A DNA stretch of 64,000 nucleotides from Chrysomallon squamiferum (taxonomy: Eukaryota; Animalia; Mollusca), in contig CM022679.1 in assembly GCA_012295275.1 (NCBI GenBank), positions 13,516,001 through 13,580,000 of the forward strand, given 5' to 3'. The translations under genes and the position numbers were made by a program. How positions within the stretch are numbered: the stretch's first letter is position 1; each line of letters begins with the position of its first letter. Below the pieces are notes generated by a model that did not search any database, had not been told where the DNA came from, and was given only the letters and a program-made list of their open reading frames with translations. Positions 27,530-41,939 of this stretch are shown in pieces.

Positions 27530-27586
<57 letters not shown>

Positions 27587-28828
27587 TATACATATTACGT
27601 ACATGCATTCATACATACATATAACCACATAAACATACGTAGATATATAGACACATACACACACACACACACACACACAGACAGACACACACACAAGCTT
27701 AGATATACACACAATAACATTTATAATTTTTTGGCTGTAATAATATTAAGCTTTACCTGTCTTTGCCTGATTACCAAGGAAAGCTGAAACAAAACCAAAA
27801 TACAAATATGATCTGTGGAATAAGCACAGAGAAAAGTTGCTACTCTGTATAAAATGAGATTAAAAACAAAAAACTTGTAACAGTGAAAATCTTTGTGTTT
27901 ATTTGTTTGTTTGTTTATTTATTTATTTACCTACTTATTTATTTATTTGTTTGTTTAATTGTTTGTTTCGTGGATTGTCTGTTTCTTTCTTTCTTTCTTT
28001 CTTTCTTTATTTATTTATTTGTCAAATAATAAGACACATAAAAAAATCGTGACAGTAGTGTTATAAAATATAGTATCATCTAGCCTAGAAAGACTTGCAT
28101 TATAGAAACATTTTAAAACATACACATAGCAAAAATATTTCTTATTAGAAACCTTTATACACATACTCATGCATAAATATTCAAAAACATACATGCGGAT
28201 ACTAACACACAAAGGACACACCCACACATATACATACAACAAAACACATACACACACACTCACATACATACATACACACAACTGCATACAGAAACACACA
28301 CAAACATACATGCAACTAAACATACACACACAAACTCACATACATACATACATACACATCTACCTACCTTTACAGAAACGAGTACACTGTTTAGGGAAAT
28401 CCAAACGCATTGTGAAGCACAAATCACTGATGTCTTTGCAGTAATAGCACCTGTTGTCTTCAGGAACATAATACTGTTCTAGCTCATCACATTTTTCAGG
28501 GTCAAATCCAAACGTTTTTCCAGCTGTCATCTTGTCTCTGTCTGTTGGAAGGCTGGCAACTTGACTTTGACATATGGCTACTGAAAATGCTCCTAATAAC
28601 AGGACAGACATCAGCAACAGATTCTGTCTTCCATTTTGATGGACTGGAAAATGTTAGTTCATTGTTGGTCTTTGGGGAAATAAATATTCTATAATCCCCT
28701 TCTGTTTTTTCATTTTGCTATCACTTATTTATTTTTATCATTCTTTCTGTATTTATTTATTTATTTACTTATTCATTAATTTATTAATTTATTATTATTA
28801 TTATTCATATTATTATTATTATTATTCA

Positions 28829-28860
<32 letters not shown>

Positions 28861-29002
28861 ATTTATTGATTTTTTCTATTTTTAAAAAGTTTCTTTAGAA
28901 AACATAGAAAATATTATTTTGCCGTGTCATTATTTACCCTAGATATTAATTGTAAAATTTACTCTTATCTTGACGGAATAAATTAATAATACCTGGAGGC
29001 AT
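25993..29002 (-). CDS. single-CRD TNF receptor-like protein, copy B, 150 aa: signal peptide + 6-Cys CRD + stalk + TM, no cytoplasmic tail (decoy-like)
   Basis: Exons 29002-28993 (ATG CCT CCA G|gtatta), 28643-28368, 27783-27757, 26979-26953 and 26105-25993, all phase 1 with GT/AG boundaries. Protein: MPPVHQNGRQNLLLMSVLLLGAFSVAICQSQVASLPTDRDKMTAGKTFGFDPEKCDELEQYYVPEDNRCYYCKDISDLCFTMRLDFPKQCTRFCKAFLGNQAKTDFLGNQRTENLPENNEVLYTSSSIACLIAAVLLSAAAVLVFLKWRN*. It could be a young pseudogene. The 10-nt first exon is the least certain part. Confidence 0.7.
26390..26595. repeat. (TACA)n microsatellite, ~50 units
   Basis: Directly visible. It is the source of the spurious (CMYV)n ORFs. Confidence 0.95.
26611..26820 (+). 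mobile_element. tRNA-derived SINE inserted in a TACA tract of a copy B intron
   Basis: A-box-like TGGCCGAACGG (26620-26630) and B-box GTTCGAGTC (26674-26682) in a CpG-rich head, followed by a body and a simple-repeat tail. It is absent from the equivalent intron of copy A. Confidence 0.6.
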
Positions 29003-29199
29003 GTCGGTAGTGACGGTATTTTCAGATTTATCTAAAAAGAAAAGAATCGCATGTCTCGTAAATGATATAAATTTCTAAGTTAAAAATAAATCCATATCGC
29101 AAATTATAATTTTTATCTTTTACATTTTTTTTTAATAGATATTAATTATTATTATTATTTCTATATTTTATTTCTTTATTTCTTTATTTATATTACTTC

Positions 29200-32100
29200 T
29201 TAATTATATATATATATATATATATCATAAGTTCTGTAAATTAATCACAAAGTATAAAAAATTCAAAAGCTTGTTTTTTTTATCCTTTTTTTTTTTTCGT
29301 TTCTTATTAATTATAAAATAATATCACAGAGATATTATTTTGCAACATATTCAGTACATGAGCATAAGTTAACAAATGATGGTTTTAGAAAATTGTTAAA
29401 TTAAAAATATACTATAAATAAATAAATAAATAAAATATTGCAATAATAGCAATAATAATAATAAACATCTAAAAAAAAATAAAAAATATAGGAAGAAAGA
29501 AATAAAGAAAAGAAAATACAGCTTCGGGGCAGATAACTTTGATTACTCATATGTACATTTTCATATAATTTGAATAAAATAAAATAAATTAAAATTAAAA
29601 TTAAGATTAAATAAAATTAAAATATATAACAAAATGATTCAAAATAAAATAAAAAATATGTTAACAAAATAAAATATAATAATCTGTCCTATACTGCTCA
29701 ATTTTTTCGTCATAAATTTTGGTTTTCCATTTCTATTTTTAAAGTAGAGCCTGGATAAGAAATTAGAGGAGGAAAATAGTTATGTCGTTAACAAACTTAT
29801 GGGAGGGTTGAGAGACTATAGTATCACCGATTTTCCTGTATAACATGCAATATTGCTTTCTCATAGATAGATAGATAGATAGATTTGAATTGTTTGCTCA
29901 CAATTCTCATTTTTTGTTGATGAAGTTCATTACTACTGTTGCTGCTACTACTATAACTACCACTACCACTACTTTTACTGATGCTGCTGCCATCATCACT
30001 TCCATTATTTATTTTTTACTTTAAATATTATTACTCTTATTCTTCTTCTGTTGTTGTTGTTGTTGTTTTCTTTTCTTTTATTAATTAATTTATTGATGCT
30101 TTCGTCAATTAATGATTTCCTTTACATGTAGTTTATAGAAATTATAATCTATCTTTGGTGATTAGAAAAATGTAGAATAAATATATTCTTTTTACTTCCA
30201 TGTTACGTTTTTGCAGTCCAGTGTTAATTTGTAACGAAGTATATCAACAAAAGAGGAAAAATAAAAAATGCTATTAGTCCGCCATATACGCGATGATGTT
30301 ACTACATCAGATGTGATTAGTTAAAATGGCGGCGTTCAGATGTATTGTTTTATATTGTTTTTACTGAAGAGAAGTTGCCTAAAACAATAAGTTAATAATA
30401 ACTTGATATCTCTTCTCCTTTATCCGCTGTTTTAGTATATTTTTAGTTTCATCAATTTCTGTAGTTATATACAAAGCTCTTGTAAAGGATGTTTACTAAA
30501 GGTGGGTGAAAAAATAATATAAGAGATCTAGTGATACAAATTTTATTTTATTTGAATAAATTAATATTTCTGTAACAATCCTTGAAAGTAAGATTATTTT
30601 TGTAATGCATATTAAATATTTAATAACATAATGGGAAGCAAAAATTAGCTAGAAATCTGATATCAAAGATACATGTATCTCCTTCAAATTCTAGATACGC
30701 ACCTAGTGGAGCAGTGGGTGGACTAATAATAGACTTACAGGTTGATTCGCAAACAAGGACTGACACTGACAAACGTTTCCTTATTCTTACATCGTAAAAA
30801 GTTGATCGAAAGATAATTATTATTAGTTTCACTTCCATCTCTTTTTTCTTTATCTTTTCTATTATTATTATTATTATTATGATTATTATGATTATTATTA
30901 TTATTATTATTATTGTTAAACTTTGATATAAAACACCGTTCGCCTATCAAAAGAATAATATAAGTAAAAATAATTTTATCAAACCAGTTATCAGACCCAC
31001 AGGTACGCTTTAATAGTTAACATTTGTGTTGTTACAGGTTTAACCTCACTGTGCCCGCAGTCAGACATACGCCTAAAGCAAATGTTCCTCTTGACATGGC
31101 AGTAAACTGCAACAGAATATGCTGATTCCATCTCCCATTTTGTAAGAGTGTAAAATGTTAATGCATTGTTGGTCTTTTGGAAAATAAACTATACTGTAAT
31201 CCCCTACTGTTTTATCATTTGCTATCCTTGATTGCTTAAGTAATATATAAAATAATATAATATATGGTGACCCCATACGTCATTATATGAAGTAAGAGAT
31301 TACAAAGAAACAATAGTACACTATTAAAGATCATGATAAGCGACCAATTTATTTATTTAATATATTCAGTACAATTTATATTTATAAAAGATATTTTTTA
31401 TTTACATATTTTATTATTGTTTATTTAATTTATTAATTTATGTATTATTATTATTAATATTATTTATTTATTTATTTTTTATTGTTTTTAATTTTATTAT
31501 TATTATTTTTTTAATTTCTTTCGAAAATATACAAAACGTTATTTTGCCATGTCATTATTTACCTTAGATATTCTCACAACGTTCATATTTCGTAACACAT
31601 TATACAGACAGTATGCAGGTAATTAATTCTATACAATATTTTTAATAATTTACAGGTGACACTCGATTCCGTAGAGCAATAGAGTTAATACAAAAGTCTG
31701 GAAAATCGTGAATCTAAATATTAACCCTCAAATTTACCAAAACATTAAACTTAAGAACACATAACATCTACTTAATACGGTAATATAATAATATAAGAAC
31801 AACATACAGACAAAAACAAATTAAACAAATTTCATACGGTATATGTTAAGAAAAAGGAAGGAATAAAAATATAGACTAGGTTGGGTATAGTTATAGGTGA
31901 ATTGTAAAAGGTATTCTTACCTTGATGGAAATTGGATTCAGAAGGGGCTGTCGCGATCGTATAGTTGAACACAGAATAACTTAATAGTACGTAGAGGCAA
32001 GGTTTCAAGCGGGAAATGACGTGTATTCAGCTTTATTCAGACAAAATAATCACGTGTCGCGTAAGCGATATAAATAGTTCTATTCTCCAAATTAAAAGTA

Positions 32101-34137
32101 AATCCGTACCGAAAATTGCACGTCTTTATTTTAGTTTATTTTTATTTTTATTTATTTATTTATTATTTTGTATTTTATTGTTACTCTTTTAATTTCTTTC
32201 GAAAATATAGAAAAAGTTATTTTGCCGTGTCATTATTTACCTTAGACATTCTGACAACGTTCATATTTCGTAGACAGATTTTACAGAAAGTATGCAGCTA
32301 ATTAATTCTATACAATATTTTTAATAATTTACAGGTGGCACTCGATTTCATAGAGCGATAGAGTTAATACAAAAGTCGGTGAAATCGCGAATCTAAACAA
32401 AAACACTCAAATTTACCAAAACATTAAACTTAAGACACATAACGTTTATTTAATACGGTAATATAATAATATAAGAACAATATACAGACAAAAACAAATT
32501 AAACAAATTTCATACGGTATATGTTAAGAAAAAGGAATTTCCAAATTAATAGTAAATCCATACCGGAAATTATATGACTCTATTTTAATTTGTTATTATT
32601 ATTATTAATTTTTTAAAGTTTAATTATTATTATTATTGCTTCTTCAAGTTAATCCCAAAGTACATAAAATAAAGACGAAGCATTCAAGAAGCCTTTTTTT
32701 CTCTCTCCCCTTTTTCTCTTGTTTTAATTATAAAATAATGGCATAGCGATATTGCTTTGTAAAATATTCAGTACTTGAACATAAGTTAACAAATGATGGA
32801 TTTATATCAAAATTGTTAAATTAAAAATAGATAAATAGATAAAATATTGCAATAATAACATAATAATAATAATAATAAACATCTAAAAAGATTACAAAAC
32901 GTTACAATAAAAATAACAAATAAATAAATAAGAAAGAAAGAAGGAAAGAAAGAAGGAAAAGAAAGCCTGTCATTGCATCTGCAAATAGAGCTACGGGACA
33001 GGTAACATTGATTACATATGATTACACATTTTCTTATGATTTAAAATAAAATGAAATAAAATTAAATTAAATAAAAATAAATAATAAATAATAAATAATA
33101 AAATGATTCAAAATAAAATAGAAATATGTTTATAAAACAGAATATAATAATATGTCCTATACCGCTCAATTTTCGGACATAAATTTTGGTTTTCCATTTC
33201 TATTTTTAAAATAGAGGCTGGATAAGAAATTAGAGGAGGAAAATAGTTATGTCGTTAACAAACTTATGAGAGGCTTGAGAGACTATAGTATCACCGATTT
33301 TCCTGCATAACATGCAATATTGCTTTTTCATAGATAGATAGATAGATACATAGATAGACAGACAGATAGACAGATAGATACATACATACATACATAGATA
33401 TATAGATAGATAGAGAGATACATACATACATACACACATTTGAATTGTTTCCTCACTATAAATATATTCTTTATACTTCCAAGTTACGTTTTTGCAGTCC
33501 AGTGTTAATTTGTAACGAGTTATATCAACAAAAGAAAAAAAAAAACTGCTATTAGTCCGCCATACATATATATATATATATATATATTATTATTATTATT
33601 ATTATTATTTTTTTATTATTTTTATTATCATTATTTTTTTTAAACTTTGCTATTAAAGACCGTTCGCCTATCAAAACATTAGTGTAAGTATAAATAATTT
33701 TATCAGACCCTTTATCAGACCCACAGGTAAGCTTCAATAGTTTACACTTGTGTTGTTACAGGTTTAACCTCACTGTGCCCGCATCCTCTTGACATGTTAG
33801 TAAACTGCAACAGAATATGCTGATTTCATCTCCCATTTTGTTAGACTGTAAAATGTTAATCCATTGTTGGTCTTTTGTAAAATAAACTATACTGTAATCC
33901 CCTACTGTTTTATCATTTGCTATCCTTCATTGCTTAAGTAATATATAACAATTGGTTCGGGCACAGTGAGGTGACCCCATACGTCATTGTACGAAATAAG
34001 ATATTACAAAGAAACAATACACTATTAAATATCAAGATAAGCGACCAATTTATTTATTTAATATATTCAGTACAATTTATATTTATAAAGTATATTTTTT
34101 AAATATATATTATTGTTTATTTAATTTATATATTTAT

Positions 34138-34207
<70 letters not shown>

Positions 34208-37200
34208 CTTTTTTATTTATTTATTTGTATTTGTATCTGTATTTTTATTTTTATTTTTAGTTGATTGATTTTTTCTATTTTTTAAATCTCTTTCGAAAAT
34301 ATAAAAAAAGTTATTTTACCATGTTATTATTTACCTTAGATATTCTCACAACGTTCATATTTCGTAGACAGATTATACAATCAGTCTACAGGTAATTAAT
34401 TATATACAATTCTTTTAATAATTTACAGGTGACACTCGATTTCGTAGAGCAATACAGTTAATACAGAAGTCTGGGAAATCGCGAATCTAAATGTTAACCC
34501 TCAAATTTACCAAAACATTAAACTTAAGAACACGTAACATTTATTTAATACGGTAATATAATAATATAAAAACAATATACAGACAAAAACAAATTAAACA
34601 AATTTCATACAATGTATATTAAGAAAAAGGAACAGTAGAAAAATGTAGACTACGTTGGGTATACTTATGGGTGAATTGTAAAATGTATTCTTACTTTGAT
34701 GGAAATTGGATTGAGAAAGGGCTGCCTCAATCGTGTAGTTCAACACAGAATAAGTTAATAGTACGCAGAGGTAAGGTTTCAAGCGGAAAAGGACGTGTGT
34801 TCAGCTTTATTCAGACAAAATAATGACGTGTCGCGTAAGCGATATAAATAGTTCTATTTTCCAAATTAAAAGTAAATCCATACCGGAAATTATATGTCTT
34901 TATTTTATTTTTATTTTTATTTTTATTTTTATTTATTTATTATTTTTTATTTTTTTATTACTCTTTTAATTTCTTTCGAAAATATAGAAAACGTTATTTT
35001 GCCGTGTCATTATTTACCTTAGATATTCTCACAACGTTCATATTTCGTAGACAGATTTTACATAAAGTATGCAGCTAATTAATTCTATACAATATTTTTA
35101 ATAATTTACAGTTGACACCCGATTTCATAGAGCAAAAGAGTTAATACAAAAGTCTGTGAAATCGCGAATATAAATATTAACCCTCAAATTTACCAAAACA
35201 GTAAAATTAAGAACACATACATTTATTTAATACGGTAATATAATAATATAAGAACAATATACAGACAAAAACAAATTAAACAAATTTCATACGATATATG
35301 TTAAGAAAAAGGAAGGAATGAAAATGTAGACGAGGTTGGGTATAGTTATAGGTGAATTGTAAATTGTATTCTTACCTTGATGGAAATTGGATTGAGATAG
35401 GACTGCCGCAATCGTGTAGTTGAACACAGAATAAGTTAGTAGTGCGTAGTGGCAAGGTTTCAAGCGGAAAATGACGTGTGTTCAGCTTTATTCAGACAAA
35501 ATAATGACGTGTCGCGTAAGCGATATAAATAGTTCTATTTTCCAAATTAAAAGTAAATCCATACCGGAAATTATGTCTTTATTTTATTTTATTTTTATTT
35601 TTATTTATTTATTTATTATTTTGTATTTTATTATTACTCTTTTAATTTCTTTCGAAAATATAGAAAACGTTATTTTGCCGTGTCATTATTTAACTCAGAT
35701 ATTCTCAGAACGTTCATAATTCGTAGACACATTATACAGACAGTATGCAGGTAATTAATTCTATACAATATTTTTAATAATTTACATGTGACACTCTATT
35801 TCATAGAGCAATAGAGTTAATACAAAAGTTTGGGAAATCGCGAATCTAAATATTAATCCTCAAATTTACCAAACCATTAAATTTTAGAACACATAACATC
35901 TATTTAATACGGTAATATAATAATCTAAGAACGATATACAGACAAAAATGAATTAAACAAATTTCATACGGTATATGTTGAGAAAAAGGAACAGTAGAAA
36001 AATCTAGGCTAGGTTCGGTATAGTTATGAGTGAATTGTAAAATGTATTCTTTCTGGATGGAAATTGGATTGAGGAGGGCTGTCGCGATCGAATAGTTGAA
36101 CACACAATAACTTGATAGTACGTAGAGGCAAGGTTTCAAGCGGGAAATGACGTGTGTTCAGATTTATTCAGACTAAATAATCACGTGTCGCGTAAGCGAT
36201 ATAAACAGTTCTATTTTGAAATTAAAAAAAAAAAAAAAAAAAAAAAATTTTTTTTTTTTTTTTTTTTAATTTCTTTTGAAAACATACAAGACATTATTTT
36301 GCAATGTCATTATTTACCTTAGATATTCTCACAACGTTCATATTTCGTATACAGATTTTTCAAACACTATGCAGGTAATTAATTCTATACAATATTTTTT
36401 TAATAATTTACAGGTGACACTCTATTTTATAGAGCAATAGAGTTAATACAAAAGTCTGGGAAATCGATTCTATAAATATTAACCCTCAAATTTACCAAAA
36501 CATTAAACTTTAGAACACATAACATCTATTTAATACGGTAATATAATAATCTAAGAAGAGTATACAGAAGAAAACAAATTAAACAAATTTCATACGGTAT
36601 ATGTTAAGAAAAAGGAACAGTAGAAAAATGTAGACTACGTTGGGTATACTTCTGGGTGAATTTTGAAATGCATTCTTACCTTGATGGGAATTGGATTGAG
36701 AAAGGACTGCCTCAATCGTGTAGTTCAACACAGAATAAGTTAATAGTACGCAGAGGTAAGGTTTCAAGCGCAAAATGACGTGTGTACAGATTTATTCAGA
36801 TAAAATAATCACGTGTCGCGTAAGCGATATAAATAGTTCTATTTTCCAAATTAATAGTAAATCCATACCGGAAATTATATGTCTTTATTTTATTTTATTT
36901 TTATTTTTATTTATTTATTTATTATTTTGTATTTTATTATTACTCTTTTAATTTCTTTCGAAAATATAGAAAACGTTATTTTGCCGTGTCATTATTTACC
37001 TCAGATATTCTCAGAACGTTCATAATTCGTAGACACATTATACAGACAGTATGCAGCTAATTAATTCTATACAATATTTTTAATAATTTACAGGTGACAC
37101 CCGATTTCATAGAGCAAAAGAGTTAATACAAAAGTCTGTGAAATCGCGAATCTAAATATTAACCCTCAAATTTACCAAAACATTAAAATTAAGAACACAT

Positions 37201-38318
37201 ACATTTATTTAATACGGTAATATAATAATATAAGAACAATATACAGACAAAAACAAATTAAACAAATTTCATACGATATATGTTAAGAAAAAGGAAGGAA
37301 TGAAAATGTAGACGAGGTTGGGTATAGTTATAGGTGAATTGTAAATTGTATTCTTACCTTGATGGAAATTGGATTGATATAGGACTGCCGCAATCGTATA
37401 GTTGAACACAGAATAAGTTAACAGTGCGTAGTGGCAAGGTTTCAAGCGGAAAATGACGTGTGTTCAGCTTTATTCAGACAAAATAATCACGTGTCGCGTA
37501 AGCGATATAAATAGTTCTAATTTCCAAGTTAATAGTAAATCCATACCGGAAATTATATGTCTTTATTTTAATTTTTTATTATTATTGTTAATTTTTTAAA
37601 GTTTAATTATTATTATTATTGCTTCTTCAAGTTAATCCCAAAGTACATAAAATAAAGACATTACGAAGCATTCAAGAAGCCTTTTTTTCTCTCTCTCCTT
37701 TTTCTCTTGTTTTAATTATAAAATAATGGCATAGCGATATTGCTTTGTATGATATTCAGTACTTGAACATAAGTTAACATATGATGGCTTTATATCAAAA
37801 TTGTTAAATTAAAAATATATAAATAGATAAAATATTGCAATAATAACAATAATAATAATAATAAACATCTAAAAACATTACAAAATGTTACATTAAAAAT
37901 AACAAATAAATAAATAAGAAAGAAAGAAAGAAAGAAAGAAAGAAGGAAAAGAAAGCCTGTCATTGCTTCTGCAAATAGAGCTACGAGACAGGTGACATTG
38001 ATTACATATGATTACACATTTTCTTATGATTTAAAATAAAATTAAAGAAAATTAAATTAAATAAAAATAAAAATAAAAAATAAATAATAAAATGATTCAA
38101 AAGTAAATAGAAATATGTTTATAAAACAGAATATAATAATATGTCCTATATCGCTCAATTTTCGGAGATAAATTTTGGTTTTCCATTTCTATTTTTAAAA
38201 TAGAGGCTGGATATGAAATTAGAGGAGGAAAATAGTTATGTCGTTAACAAACTTATGGGAGGCTTGAGAGACTATAGTATCACCGATTTTCCTGTATAAC
38301 ATGCAATTTTGCTTTTTC

Positions 38319-38349
<31 letters not shown>

Positions 38350-38786
38350 CATAGATAGATAGATAGATACATACATACATTTAAACATACATACATACAT
38401 ACATACATAGATTTGAATTGTTTGCTCACAATTCTCAGGTTTTGTTGATGAAATTCATTACTACTATTGCTACTACTACTACAACTACCACTATCACTAT
38501 CACTACTATTACTGATGCTACTGCCATCATCACTTCCATTATTTATTTTTTACTTTAAATATTATTTCTCTTCTTCTTCTGTTGTTTTGTTTTGTCTTTT
38601 TAATTTATTAATTAATGATTTCCTTTACATGTAGTTTATAGAAAATATAATCTCTCCTTGGTGATTAGAAAAATGTAGTATAAATATATTCTTTATACTT
38701 CCAAGTTACGTTTTTGCAGTCCAGTGTTAATTTGTAATGAGTTATATCAACAAAAGAAGAAAAAAATGCTATTAGTCCGCCATATC

Positions 38787-38840
<54 letters not shown>

Positions 38841-41800
38841 GTTGTTGTTGTTGTTGTTGTTGTTGTTAAACTTTGCTATCAAAGACCGTTCGCCTCTCAA
38901 AACAGTAATATAAGTATTAAGAATTTTATCAAACCAGTTATCAGACCAGTTACCCACAGGTACGCTTTAATAGTTAACACTTGTGTTGTTACAGGTTTAA
39001 CCTCAATGTGCCCGCAGTCTGACATACGCCTACAGTAAATGTTCCTCTTGACTGGACAGAAATCTGCAACAGAACATGCTGATTCCATCTCTCATTTTGT
39101 TGGACTGTAAAATGTTAATGCATTGTTGGTCTTTTGGAAAATAAACTATACTGTAATCCCCTACTGTTTTATCATTTGCTATCCTTGACTGCTTAAGTAA
39201 TATATAACAATAGGTTCGGGCACAGTGAGGTGACCCCATACGTCATTGTACGAAATAAGAGATTACAAAGAAACAGTACACTATTAAAGATCAAGATAAG
39301 CGACCAATTTATTTATTTAATATATTCAGTACAATTTATATTTATAAAGTATATTTTTTAAATACATATTTTATTATTGTTTATTTAATTTATATATTTA
39401 TGTATTATTATTATTATTTATTTATTTATTTACTTTTTTATTTATTTATTTTTATTTGTATCTGTATTTTTATTTTTATTTTTAGTTGATTGGATTTTTC
39501 TATTTTTTAAATCTCTTTCGAAAATATACAAAACGTTATTTTACCATGTCATTATTTACCTTAGATATTCTCACAACGTTCATATTTCGTAGACATATTA
39601 TACAGACAGTATGGAGGTAATTAATTCTATACAATATTCTTAATAATTTACAGGTGACACTCGATTTCATAGAGCAAAAGAGTTAATACAAAAGTCTGTG
39701 AAATCGCGAATCTAAGTATTAACCCTCAAATTTACCAAAACATTAAACTAAAGAACACATAACATTTATTTAATACGGTAATATAATAATCTAAGAACAA
39801 TATACAGACAAAAACAAATTAAACAAATTTCATACGATATATGTTAAGAAAAAGGAAGGAATGAAAATGTAGACGAGGTTGGGTATAGTTATAGGTGAAT
39901 TGTAAATTGTATTCTTACCTTGATGCAAATTGGATTGAGATAGGACTGCCGCAATCGTGTAGTTGAACACAGAGTAAGTTAATAGTACGTAGAGGCAAGG
40001 TTTCAAGCGGAAAATGACGTGTGTTCAGCTTTATTCAGACAAAATAATGACGTGTCGCGTAAGCGATCTAAATAGTTCTATTTTCCAAATTAATAGTAAA
40101 TCCATACCGGAAATCATGTCTTTATTTTAATTTGTTATTATTATTATTAATTTTTTTAAGTTTAATTGTTATTATTATTGCTTCTTCAAGTTAATCCCAA
40201 AGTACATATAATAAAGATATTATGAAGGATTCAAGAAGTCTTTTTTTTCTCTCTCTCCTTTTTCTCTTGTTTTAATTATAAAATAATGGCATAGCGATAT
40301 TGCTTTGTAAGATATTCAGTACATGAACATAAGTTAACAAATGATGGCTTTATATCAAAATTGTTAAATTAAAAATATATAAATAGATAAAATATTGCAA
40401 TAATAATAATAATAATAATAAACATCTAAAAACATTACAAAACGTTACAATAAAAATAACAAATAAATAAATAAGAAAGAAAGAAAGAAAGAAAGAAGGA
40501 AAAGAAAGACAGTCATTGCATCACAGATAGATAGATAGATAGATACATACATACATTCATACATACATACTTACATACATACATAGATAGATTTGAATTG
40601 TTTGCTCACAATTCTCAGGTTTTGTTGATGAAGTTCATTACTACTGTTGCTACTACTACTACAACTACCACTAGCACTATCACTACTATTACTGATGCTA
40701 CTGCCATCATCACTTCCATTATTTATTTTTTACTTTAAATATTATTTCTCTTCTTCTTCTTCTGTTGTTTTGTTTTGACTTTTTAATTTATTAATTAATG
40801 ATTTCCTTTACATGTAGTTTATAGAAATTATAATCTCTCCTTGGTGATTAGAAAAATGTAGTATAAATATATTCTTTATACTTCCAAGTTACGTTTTTGC
40901 AGTCCAGTGTTAATTTGTAGCGAGTTATATCAACAAAAGAAAAAAAACCTGCTATTAGTCCGCCATATATTATTATTATTATTATTATTATTATTGACAC
41001 TCGATTTCATAGAGCGATAGAGTTAATACAAAAGTCTGGGAAATCGTGAATCTAAATATTAACCCTCAAATTTACCAAAACATTAAACTTTAGAACACAT
41101 AACATCTACTTAATACGGTAATATAATAATCTAAGAAAAATATACATACAATAAAATTAAGACATTATGAACCATTCAAGAAGCCTTTTTTTCTTCTTTT
41201 TTTCTTGCTTTAATTATTAAACAATGGCATAGAGATATTACTTTGTAAGATATTCAGTACATGAGCTTAAGTTAACAAATGATGGTTTTATGTCAAAATT
41301 GTTAAATTAAAAATAGATAAATAAATAAAATATTGCAATAATAACAATAATAATAATAAACATCTAAAAACATTACAAAAAGTTACAATAAAAATAATAA
41401 ATAAATAAATGAATGAATGAATAAATAAATAAATAAATAAATAAGAGAGAAAGAAAGAAAGAAGGAAAAGAAAGCCAGTCATTGCATCTGCAAATACAGC
41501 TATGGTACATGTAACATTGATTACATATGATTACACATTTTCATATGATTTATAATAACATTTAAAAACAAATTAAAAAATAATAATAATAATAATAAAA
41601 TGATTCAAAATAAAATAAAAATATGTTTATAAAACAGAATATAATAATCTGTCCTATACCGGTCAATTTTAGGACATAAATTTTGGATTTCCATTTCTAT
41701 TCTTAAAACAGAGCCTGGATAAGAAATTAGTGGAGGAAAGTAATGATGTCGTTAACAAACTTTTGGGACGGTTGAATGATACATAGATAGAATTCAATTG

Positions 41801-41893
41801 TTAGCTCACAATTCACGTTCATTATTTATTTATTTATTCATTTTAAATCTTATTACCATTATCCTTTTGTTAATTATGTTTGTTTTTGTTGTT

Positions 41894-41939
<46 letters not shown>

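Noticed and set aside
30620-30838. Recurrent ORF MEVKLIIIIFRSTFYDVRIRK.. (also 42170-42388 and 61037-61258)
   Set aside because: Recurrence is explained by recent segmental duplication. It has no recognisable domain and its ends vary among copies.
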